A stretch of 64,000 bases of DNA, taken from assembly GCF_000497125.1 (NCBI RefSeq), contig NC_090601.1:558001-622000 (forward strand). The letters are read 5' to 3'. The DNA is from Spironucleus salmonicida. Its lineage: Eukaryota. Both the position numbers and the translations under genes were made by a program. The notes beneath the pieces were generated by a model. It saw only the letters and a list, made by a program, of their open reading frames with translations. It had not been told where the DNA came from and made no database searches. Shown one piece after another: positions 52,798 to 64,000 of this stretch (positions are counted from its first letter, which is position 1; every line of letters starts with the position of its first letter).

Positions 52798-53802
52798 TTT
52801 GAAACTAAGATTAAAATCTACCATCATACATTTTCGATATTGTGAAGGTTTGAGTTTCTGTCTATTTGGGGATCTTATCATACTGCTACGAACGCTCAAG
52901 TCTCTAAGGAGCCCACTTATAGTCCTTCAGCTTTTGGTATCAAAGTATGGCAATAGAGTTATTTTATATAGGAACTTAAGTCCGATGGAATATACCTGGT
53001 CGCGGGTGCAGTTTCGAAGTTTCTGGGAGATTTTTAAAAATTCTAATTTGGGAGTGACTTGAGTAGATATTCATTGTATACTTATTTGTGGTTTATCAGT
53101 TAGCGATATTTAGCAGACAGTTCACGCCAAAAATTAAAAACATTTTAGGCATTGCTGGGCGATGATGCTGCGTATCTACAATTTTAGAGAATCGCATTAA
53201 CATTAGGGGTATATTGTGGTAGTAGATGATATGATGGACAACCGATTCAATTCTGGGGTTTCTGATTTCGTACGTGCCTAGATCACGTACACGAACATAT
53301 GAGTATTATGCTCATCCCCCAAGCTAAATGAAACCAGACATAGAGTGCAAGCTGCATGCGGAACCAGAGATGGCTGACTTCGAAATGCAACCTAACTCTT
53401 TCATTGGAGATATACACGCAAGAATTAGCAGCCGGAGCAACTGCAGGTGGCAGCATTACCACTGTCCCGAAAATGAAGGAGACGCGTCCAATGGATTAGG
53501 AAGCCCTCGAAGTAACTTGGTCGGATATATAGGGAGTGCAGCTAGATGACCTACAGGGGTACAAGCTGGTCCGCTTCTTCTGGATACTACCATCATCCGC
53601 TAGAGCCAGCTGGTCTGAATGAATATGGTGCCCCTAGTATAACGGGACGGATCATATATACCTTAATAGATTAGAATAATTGTGAACATTTACTGTTGTT
53701 GGCTAGAATGGACCCTCTCTGACAAAATGTCTCCTGATATCCCTCCTTGGGTGCCGATATACGGATTATTATGCCATCACAAGCTCATAGCAGCGATGCA
53801 TT
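52345..53802. repeat. Inverted copy of 12232-13690
   Basis: Coordinate sum 66034; few substitutions in the upstream kilobase. Confidence 0.9.
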
Positions 53803-55201
53803 CCTCAATCTCTCCTGTGACTCCTGTATCCTAAGACAATGGAAAGCATGGACGAGATATCCATGTAAAGTGTACGGACATACTTGCTGAGTGAAATTTA
53901 TTTTTGTTGGACTTTATTGAAGCTTCCGGATTATATCGCCCAGCTATTGGTAGCTGGGCTTAATTTGTTCACCTCATAAAAGACTAAAATAGTCAGCTGA
54001 GCAAAGTGACGGTTTCTAGCTGCTGCCTGCTTTGAGTATCGGTAAAACGCTATATTTCATTGTTCAACCAAATCTGTAGCGCTTGCTACTTAATAACCAA
54101 AATACCGCCTAAAACACGCCTATAGAGTTTGCGACTCAAACTCACTCAAATTTTTCAAGCCAAAACTGACACTTTAAGTATCAGCATCCGCTGAAGCCTA
54201 AAAATTAACCTAAGCTAAGTTTTCAAGCCAAGGCAGCCATTGAGCATCACGGTGCTACGTAATTTTCGTACTAACTGCCCGATTTTTAAGCACAGCGGTC
54301 ATACCAGCGAAATTACAACAACTCTAAAATTTTGCTTTCCGGGCCAATTTGCGGTCAAAATTTTCCATGTCTCAGTTCCTGAAATAGAAAGTTTGCAAAG
54401 CAATAACGGAATTGTCAAAAATCTCATGGGTCAGTTTTAGCTATTTATGAGATATGGATCCCGCATGCGGCCAAAGTACAAATTTTAGGATTTCAAGCGC
54501 TATGAAATTTTCGTTATATCAGGTGCTTTTGCAGACTGTTTAGACAAAATCTGTTTCAGCTGGTACTGAAAACCTTGTATGAGCGTTTTGATATAATGTT
54601 GATACGACAGTTAGAGGGAAATTCAGGTGCCTTGGAATCATATAATAAGCAACGGTATTCAATGAGGTGAGGATTTTAATTCTTGTGGTCTACCTGATAT
54701 AACTGTGATTAACTTAAACTGAAAATGGTTAGGATTTGATGCATAGGAATATATTCTGACTCCTGATGGAGTGCATGCTATTTAGATGTAACTGAGTATG
54801 CTAATTATTTTTCAAATGTCACCTTGTAAAATGCGGTCGATAAAAGAAATTGAGATTACTTGAAAAGATTACGCTGTGTGCAGAGCCTTCGGTCGGCACT
54901 TGAGTTTGCAAAAATTTTGGTGGGTGTGGAGATTAGGGAGGAACGCATATGAATATATAAAATATTTATGGTATTTTATTAAAGGTAATATGCCTATTTA
55001 CCATTTTATTTGCGTTAGAATTCTTAATACTTATCCATTTTTCAACTTAGCCAAGTATTTGTACATGGCTGAAGAAACTAAACTTCCAACTTTAGACGCA
55101 TAGTTGTAACTTATGAAAAGGTGCAGGTTGAACATTGTTTATCTACGCTTATTCAATAGTATCTTGTTCCTAAAATTGTAGTATGGGAAACGTTTTAAAC
55201 G

Positions 55202-55669
55202 TCATTACTGCTTCTAGAATTGTGAATAAAGGTTATAGTATAAGCTTTGGAAATGGGCTAAAGCACAACGAATATGCACAGTAAAGAGAACTCTGGCAGT
55301 AACAAGAATTACCACATAGAAAAGTAGGCTAGTGTTTACTTTAGTTCTGCATCCATGTCTAAAAATATGATTTTGGAGTTTAAGTAAACAGTGAGAAAAC
55401 CAGCTTCTTTTCCTCATCGGGTTCAAAGGGATATTAACTTATACATTTTCCTTGTGTTGACATTCAAAATTTTTAGAAAATGATTCTTAACCATTAGTAA
55501 GTTCTACTGAAGCCCTTACGAGTCGTCGATCTAGTTTTTCACATATTTAAAAATCATTTAAAGTAGACTCTAGTAGATAAATAGAGTGTAATATACTAAC
55601 TCTTGTAATTGGATTGTATATAAAAGTCGCATTTGGTAAGTAACATGTGACTGCAAGTAAGCTGATCAT
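55202..55669 (-). CDS. Hypothetical secreted/membrane protein, 155 aa
   Basis: AAAAATG start, MISLLAVTCYLPNA hydrophobic N-terminus; fragments 55547-55729 and 55214-55426 are in frame via TAA=Gln. Confidence 0.5.
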
Positions 55670-56366
55670 TTTTAATAATAAAGAATAACCTTTAATGATC
55701 TTTAAGAATATAATATTAACCAGATACAACTGTTACTACTCGATAATTATGATCTAGAATAGTATAGTCTGAGTATTACTATATTTAAAATCAAATCAAA
55801 TATTCTATAATACTATATATTATAAATTTATTCTACTCAAAGTTTAAATTATAATTAAAAACATTAATTAATATTATTTTAAGATCAAATAATTTTTTTG
55901 ATATATACATATTTTCTATTAAATAAGTATTCCATTAACAAAATTTAAATATTAATTTTGATTTATAAACATTCTACATCATAGTAATTACGCATTTTTA
56001 GTGTCCTAATTTACTGTTAAAAAAATTAGTTTTATACAAACCTCAAGTTTTAATAAAATAAGCTCAATTCGAATAGTAATAAAGGTTAGATTTTTATAAA
56101 CTTTATCTTAATAATTATATAATCTGAGTCGAAGTTTATATGTTTAGTAAATAATTTATAAAATTCATTATTTTGCAGAAATTATGATAAAACTAATTTA
56201 TATTATATTCAAATCCTATATCAATAAAGTTTGAAGAAGTATTAAACTCTTAATATAACAGTTATTACCAGTTTTTCGCAAATTACTGTTTACCCATATT
56301 GTTTATATAACAGTTTTTATGTTAAAAGAAAGAAATTAAATTTTAAAAAATTAAGTATATAAAAAA

Positions 56367-57251
56367 TCATTAATATTGAATTATTGAATTTTATTCAAAA
56401 TCAAAGGCTTCTGGTATTTATATTTCAGTTTATAGATCCAGTTCAGTATCTTAATTCTTGGATAATGTAGCTTCGCCATCCTTATCACTTAAAACTAGGC
56501 TTAATCTGAGTGGTTAAGATCTTAAAGGTCCGCTTGACCTACCACTAATTTTATTTTAAATTAGCATAATATCTTCTCTATAATCGTCTTGATTTAATTA
56601 TTATTATTAAATTTATCGCTCTTTCTATTTCTAAATTTACCGCATGTCATAAAGTTCGCTCTCCCGCTAACATCTTAAAAACTATAGTTTTTATTCAGTT
56701 TTTGATACTATAGAATTAGCAAGTTAAGTTTATTGTGCTACAACTTAATTATGCATTGATTTCCTTGTGTCTAAATCATTCATACGGTTTCTAACAATTT
56801 TTGAACAATTCTACTACGATTTTTCTTTTTCTATATAGTTGATGGTTTTCTTCTTAATTAAAGTTTCTTTCTGTGATAAATATATTAACTATTTATCATT
56901 ATTTATCGCCTTTACAGTCAGCATACGTTGCTTTAATTCTCTAGCTTATTTTAATGCTGCTCGTCGTTGCATAAGTTGTTGTTGCTCTTTTTCTATATTA
57001 ATTTTATCCTAATTATGTATTGATGCTAATTATCGCTCTTATTATTATAATGCTAATTTATGCTAAAGTTACAGTTTTTAAAGTTTTTTATGTTAAATTA
57101 ATTCTTCTTTAACTGATTTAACCATTGACGACTTTTATTATAAGTATACTTTGTGAGTATTTGCAAATGATTCTTGTATATTAGAGTCTATCGTTATTGG
57201 ATATGAGGACATTTCTGACCTGGGACGATTTATCTAAAGAGTTTTGCTCAT
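56367..57251 (-). CDS. Q/K/E-rich coiled-coil hypothetical protein, 294 aa
   Basis: Continuous code-6 ORF MSKTLQINRPRSEM...EKEQQQLMQRRAALKQARELKQRM... Confidence 0.75.
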
Positions 57252-57386
57252 TGCGGAATGACATTATATAAAAATTATATAATACTTAACATATTAAAAA
57301 AAATTAATTTTATTAATGTAAACATTATTATTACATATTTATATAAAATAATATATATACTAAGTCCACTTCTAATATACGAATCA

Positions 57387-59435
57387 ATGCTTCTCGTATT
57401 CTAATTATCTTTTTATAAAGACAAACATATTATCGATCCAACTAATTCCACGGCTAATATGACATCAAGCTATGAGCAACATTGGTAAATCCTTTCAGAA
57501 ACTTCTGGTATCTGGAACCTAAAGTCTTTTGACACATCAACTAACAAAACAGCAGTTTTAGGCAACATTTCACTCTCTTTAACCGAGATTTCAACAATTT
57601 CTCCTACCATGAAGGAAACTAAAGGTCATATTTACGTATACGATGGATTTTACGCTAATTCGAACAAAGGGTAGCTTGTGAGCATTGGAAGACACTACTC
57701 AGACATAAATAAAGGCTTTATGCTAACAATTATTCCAGTAAAATTTGCTAAACATCCAGTGTTCGACCTCAATGACACTGTTTAACAAGCTCTTTACGAT
57801 CAGGCCCACGACCCTTCATAAGCTTGGCCGAATGCCGCCCAAACAGCAATTACGCAGGAGCAAATCGACCAAATTGAAACGAAAAACGTCTCAGCCGCTG
57901 ACTGCGCGATCCAGTTCTATTATGAACTATCCAAAACGCCATTGGACAACTCCGATCTGACCTACCCTCCAGATATCGCATACGGGTTCCAGGACTTTAC
58001 AGAAACTGGAAATTAGAAGTTTTACCCGAAAATCACCTCTGCGCTCGTCTCGCAGAACTGTGCGTTCTACTTCAGAGCCCAAGGCCTTATTTACAACTCC
58101 GCGCACTAGATGATTTCGTCCTTCTACTACGCTATCCCGACCGCTATAGGCAACTTCCTCTCCATTCTGAGCGGTCTACGCCTCCTTTAGCTGCTGCAAT
58201 CTCAGACGCGCGTCCGCAGAATCTCCCTTCCTGCGATTCTGCTAATTACAATATTTGACTTTGGGTTGGCGTTTATCCACCTCACTTTCTCGATGGCGAT
58301 TAGCCGCACGTCCTACTCGCTCGTGCTATGCTCGGTGATGAATTTCATCTCCGCCAGTTTCATCGATACAACTATTTTGTCGCAGGTCTACAGAGCCTAT
58401 TTGGCACGCAGAGGACAGCAGAACAACCCTCGCAATTTGTGCAAAATCGTGCTCATCATGTACGTCATGCTGTTCGCGTATCTGATACTATCTCCGTATC
58501 TCCCACCTTATGGAACTTTCCTACTCATTTTAGCGGCCAGCAGCTGCTGGGGGTGCTAGCTAGTACACTCCTTTATTGCATCAGATACTGGAAAAGCGCT
58601 TCCATTTGACTATATTTTCATATAATCGATCGTCAAGTATGCACCTGTCATATACTTCTACTGCTATAAGGGAAATTTCATGAATTAAGAGGTACGGACT
58701 TGGTACACATATCTGGGGTCGATTTGGTGTGGGACGTAGATTTTGTTCATTTTATTGCAATTTTTCGTCGGAAATCGATTCGGCTTGAAGATTAATTTCA
58801 AAAAAGCGCAGGTAGATTACAATTATGCAGACTAGTTCGTAAAGAATTTTATAATTAAAGATAGCAAGGCATTTGTCGATCCTTAGTAACTAATAAATTA
58901 GTTATAAGCTGACAATACAACAATTTTAGTTTTCTTAAAAAATAAAATATTAGTTTCAATTCAAGAATATGAAAATAGCAATTTAAATGCTGAGGAAACC
59001 GAAACCACTCCTTTAGTAAACGAAAATATCTCTATTTGCATGAATCCATTACATTCACATTCGCTTTTTTACGCTCCTAATCTCACTAAAGATCAACTAT
59101 CAGAAGTCTTAGAGATTCCTTTGTTCAACAAGTCCAGTTGTTTTTATGCTTTTAATGAAAATGAAGCCGATAACATTTTAATTTGTCCTATTTGTATTGA
59201 TTTCATTGATTTAGAAAATTTAGAGAATTTTAAATCTATAGTACCGTTTCACTCTAAGCAAATTTACGAAAAATATGAAAAAAAGCTAGTAAAACCTTGT
59301 CAGACTCTTTGGATTCCACCTTGCGGACATTGCTTCCATAAGGAGTGTTTGAGTAGGTGGGGTAATGAGAATTTGCAGTGTCCTGTGGATAGGGGTATAA
59401 TTCCTCCAGTTGGAGAAGATGTTTGGTATGAATGA
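57387..59435 (+). CDS. Multi-pass membrane RING-H2 E3 ubiquitin ligase, Tul1/FLY-like, 682 aa
   Basis: Luminal N-terminal domain, about seven hydrophobic segments (incl. APVIYFYCYKGNF, ILLQFFVGNRF), C-terminal CPIC...PCGHCFHKECLSRW...CPVDR. Confidence 0.85.
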
Positions 59436-59633
59436 GAAGTTATTTAAATTTTTTTCTTTTACCAGAATAAATAGTCGAAAATATTTTTAGTTATTCAACA
59501 ATGCAAAATTAACAATAGTGTTTTATTAGTAATTTTATTAAAAATCTAGAAAAATATAAAATTCGAAACTTAATATTACAATTTCTTTATATAGTTATAA
59601 TTATTTTTTATTCATATTGATATTGAAAAAATA

Positions 59634-59990
59634 ATGAAAAATAGAAAATTTAATTTAACATTTGACAATGTTAATACTGCATTAGCTCGCAATATTATTA
59701 AAATTAAATAATAATATACATCTAATATGCATATTAATTACTGTAAATCTGTTGTTTAACGATTAAGTTAAAAAAGCAAAGATGTAGATAATCTAGATTT
59801 TGGGATGGCATTTTAACGAAAAGAAAAATATAATACACCAGGTTGTTTAAATATATACACTAAAAGGGACTAAAAACTAATCACTGAAAATATCAAGAAG
59901 AATTTTTCTGGATTCGAAGTTATGGATTCTAGTAGGATAATGCAGTGTTTTAATTATGATTTGCTACTAGAAGACGATGATTGCGAGTGA
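59634..59990 (+). CDS. Hypothetical protein, 118 aa
   Basis: Code-6 ORF MKNRKFNLTFDNV...LLEDDDCE with stop in GAGTGA. Confidence 0.6.
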
Positions 59991-60303
59991 ATTTCTAAAA
60001 CTAATATGATTTACCAGCCCCAATATATAAAAATTACATTAAAGTTAATATATTTATGAACATTACTAATATATATGAAACTTTATGGATACTTTACTTA
60101 TTTTATATTTCTTCATATCTCGTTCTAGCTACTATAATTTATACTTGCTTATAATATTCTACTTCGTTTTCTTATTACCAGCAAATTCAACCTGACCAGA
60201 TCTCGATTAGAAAATAATCATTTTATATAGTTAATACTAATAATATTTTTTAAATATTAAAATTATTATATATATTTTGAAATAGTTATTTCTTTCCACA
60301 CAA

Positions 60304-61413
60304 ATGAAATGTAGAAAATGCGACAACCTGATTTAATAGTACAACAAGCTACAAGACAATCACACACAACTTTAACAACTACTTATTTAGAAAGCTTCTT
60401 AGAATAGCATTTTTTCCCCGACATTTCGTCGTGTGGAAATCCCAAGCGAACTCTTTGTTGATGTCGAAGACCAAAACACATAAACAGACCAATAAAAGTC
60501 TTCTTCTCTTTTATTTAATACTTTTGAGAAAACTGTTACTTAGACACTGTAAATGTTAAACGAAAAACTAAAAATTCAGGAAAACTCCCTAAACGTAGCA
60601 AGGATGGAACTGACACGTTACAAAGATCAAGAAATGCTCATCTCAAATTACCAAAAAACCACGCAGAATCTTACGTAGAAGCTATCTAAATTCTCCGTCT
60701 CTCCTATCTTAAACTAGTCTTAAACTATTGTTTCAATCACCTAACCAAATACTCAGACCAAAGACCCATTTTATCAATAATAAAATGAGTAATTATAAGA
60801 GTAAATTTCGCTTTTATAAGCTAGAATTACAATTTTAGAGATACCAAATCCTGACTCTTAACTGATATCATTCGAAAATTTAGCTATATCAGTGAACAAC
60901 GAATAAAATAATTTTATTTCAGATGATCTAATTGAATTAAGGGAAAGGTTAAATATTTTGGAAATGGAAAACTCTACTTTACGCTGTCAAATTTAGGATT
61001 AGCATATGTTAAATTCGCAACTATCGATGACTCAGAAGTAACTTAAGAATAGTCAGTGTTTGCGTGAGTTTGAAGAAAACGAAGAACTTCAAGAAATGAT
61101 TATGAAAGTTCGAGAATTAGAGAATTCTTAAAAGTAAGAAGGGGATTTTTAATAATTACAATTATAGTATAATACATTATAAAGTGTTCTGGAAGGCAGA
61201 ATTAGTAAAAACTAGAATCTGTAAATTGCATTTTAGGAAGTTGAAAAGCTGTATAAATGTGAGATAGATAAGAATTCATAACTATAATTGTAACTTTAAG
61301 AGGTCAAAAAGCAGCTGCAAGCTAGCAGAAAAGTTGCAGAAGAACTTAAAATGCAAGAAAAGAGGCTTCTGGAGAAACTGTAATTTGAGCGGAGAAGGAT
61401 GGGAGCGGTGTGA
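60304..61413 (+). CDS. Coiled-coil hypothetical protein, 369 aa
   Basis: Continuous code-6 ORF MKCRKCDNLIQQYNKL...LQFERRRMGAV, rich in Q/E/L heptads. Confidence 0.8.
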
Positions 61414-62828
61414 TCAATTTAGGATATGAAAAGTAAATGGAAAATTTAGCGTGAACAGTTTAAGTTATACCCTTTAATATTTAATTTAACACATTATAAC
61501 ATTAAAGTATTTGAAATATTAGGCAATCGTTAATTTTATATTTCTATATCATGTTAATTATTTTTGTTCAAACTTATATATTTTAATTTTGTATAAAATA
61601 ATTACAGTTAATACTAATAATAAGCACGATTAACTGTTCTACAGTTATATTTATTGTTAAATTGAAAAATTAGTTTACTCTAACGTAACATAGTATTATT
61701 AAGATATGATATATAGTATATATTACATTTTTTCAAATTGCAAAAATATTAATTTGAAAACTAGAGATAAATGTACATACTCTCAAGGAATTTGTAATAT
61801 TAATAAAACTAATCGCAGTCTTGTTTTATATCAATAAAACTATTATAAATTACTGTATACTTGGACTAAAATATATTGACTAACTTTGATAATGTCAGTT
61901 AGTATTGAGTTGACATCTGTAATATTATATATGGTAACAATTAAAGAAGAAACAATATTATATTATTTTAATAGTAAGCAATGAAAATACCTTTTTGTGC
62001 GTTGATCACATTATTATCATTTTAATCAATGGTTTTTTTCCTGTTTATGCATAATGACTAAAAACTATCTACCTGCAAAATATAGATTTTAATAAACTTT
62101 AAAAAGAGCAATCTTGATTAGTGTATTTACTAAAAATATGTACCACCAGTACCTACTAAAAAATTACATATGAATAAAATATTATCTTATTTTATCTTCC
62201 TCTATTATCAAAATATTATCTTACATAAAATAATATGAGGAAATCTTACTACGTGTAAAATGTTTAAACGTGGATAAACCAAAAGATAAAACTGTAAATA
62301 ATTAATCATAGTTCATATAATTTCTTATAAAGAATAGAATATTAGATAAACTGAAATTTAGTAAATATTAAGATATTCGAAAAGTTAAATCTATAAATAA
62401 TGATTAATTCAATCATGAATAATGATTTACTCTGTTGTTTCGCTATTTTTTAAAGTCTTTTTAACTATAAAATACTATATATTTGTATTTGTTATCAGGT
62501 TTAATGATTGTAATAATTTAGTTCTTTATTGTAATCAAATTAATCTGTAGTTCTTAATCATATCAGGTTGAACTAGTGCTCTTAATGTAGATATAATAAA
62601 ATTATAGATTATAACTTTTTGGAAGTACAAGAAGTCGAAATTATTTAAGCAATTAATTTATATTGTTACCCATTATTTCTAAATACGAATGTGTGATTGT
62701 ATTGTACTCTTCTCAGCTATTTTATATATTAATTAAAATATCTGTACTTAGTTGCATAAATTTAAATATTATACTTAATAGAGTAAAAACTTATAATAAT
62801 ATTTAAACAAATAATAAAGTTAATTAAT

Positions 62829-64000
62829 TCATTATGTTTTAAAATGGAAATTTTTAGCATTAATAATATCACAGTTGGATTAGAGCCAAATCATCCATTA
62901 ACTAAGTATCTTTTCATCTTGTAGGGTCTCACTATCACCAATAATAAAAAGCTACTATTTAGCTCTAGTAATACTGACATTAATTCTTTTCTAGTTATCC
63001 ACAAACCCTGCTTGTTTATGTTTATTACTTCGTGTCATGCTTAAAATTATTATATCTTTTTCACGTCCTTAAAAACTATCAACAGTATGTATTTCTACTT
63101 CGCTATTTTAAAAATTCTTAGATAGAAGATTAACTTAAGCTGAATAAGGAGCTATAATACCAATATTTTCAAGTTTCGTATTTTTGCTTAATAAATTTAT
63201 CAAATGCATTACTAACTGAACTTCACCATAATTGTTTATATATTCTTACTTCTTAATTTCATTGATATTACAATTTTTAGTATCAATAAAAACAATATTT
63301 TTACTACTAACTATAGGATTTTTAACTTTTATGTTGCAATGACTAGTAAGTTTGCCATCATAAAAGCTAATGCTGGGAAAATTACATATTTAAGGCCCAA
63401 AACGATATGAAATATCCAAAAAATCAAAATCAAAATCTTTTTATTCATTTTGGGTCAATCGTTCTATCGTAGAAACAGAAAAGTTTTAAATAAGTTTTGC
63501 AGCTGGATTTATAATAGTAGCATCTAATTAACGGGGGTCTCCACAAAGAACTAAACCGCCACTGCACTTTAAAATAGCAGCTGCTAAATCCACATTAAGA
63601 GTTTATCCAGCTTCGTCTACAACGGCTAGATCAAATTCTTATTTAAGAGTTGTAGCAAAACTTAAGGTGCAAGCTATGATTTTCTGCTCGGCATAAACTT
63701 ATTCACTAAATTTGTTAATTGCAATGCGCAAGGAACGATTCGCTTCGTTTAAATTTATTTTAGCAATATCTATTTATGACCGGATATTAATCTTTAATGC
63801 GTCCTTTAATAATAATTCACAGTTTTATACTAATAATAATTCTTCTTAAAGCTCATTGTATTTACTTTATATGATAATTTATTCTAATGTAAATTATTAC
63901 ATATCAGGGCTGATACGAGATAGTGAGCCTAATCTCAGTCCTTTTGTTTTTAAAATTAAATTATCAACCGCAATATTCGATGATGCTGCTATTAATATAT
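62829..64000 (-). CDS. Superfamily 1 helicase, Upf1/Sen1/DNA2-like (3' part; start outside window)
   Basis: VVDEAGQ, LCGDPRQL, ISYRF, IGIIAPYSAQV, TVDSFQGREKDIII and RINVSITRAK motifs, with conserved Gln positions encoded by TAA. Confidence 0.92.

Noticed and set aside
61900-62700. Possible minus-strand gene downstream of the helicase
   Set aside because: Frames tested close quickly at TGA and show no motif.
1-64000. Prokaryotic-type systems (CRISPR, IS elements, site-specific invertase)
   Set aside because: Sequence is eukaryotic; no repeat-spacer array, transposase or recombinase motif was recognised.

Overview
Eukaryotic DNA from a diplomonad of the Hexamitinae, most likely Spironucleus (salmonicida-like). 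This is inferred from TAA/TAG read as Gln with only TGA as stop, no introns needed, many stops embedded in AGTGA, and cysteine-rich membrane protein (CRMP) families. The supplied standard-code ORF track therefore fragments most genes; coordinates here were re-derived by hand with translation table 6. Two copies of a large palindromic surface-antigen unit dominate the window (A: <1-9955, B: 35005-50856). Each has near-identical inverted arms carrying a CRMP2 3' half (and, where visible, a CRMP1 gene) around a 3730-bp spacer. The spacer holds one intact and one decayed CRMP2 5' half plus an orphan gene, and lies in opposite orientation in A and B. Arms are homogenised within each palindrome. Three CRMP1 copies carry a single in-frame TGA replacing a Gly codon, and a TCACTG(A/T)AC element sits exactly 10 nt after the stop of both CRMP1 and CRMP2 genes. 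Single-copy genes include a Spec3/Stum-like protein, tRNA-Ser(AGA), a Maelstrom/arenavirus-NP-like DEDDh nuclease, a type I membrane protein, Myb, LRR, SNARE-like, DUS, a Tul1-like RING E3 and a partial Upf1-like SF1 helicase.
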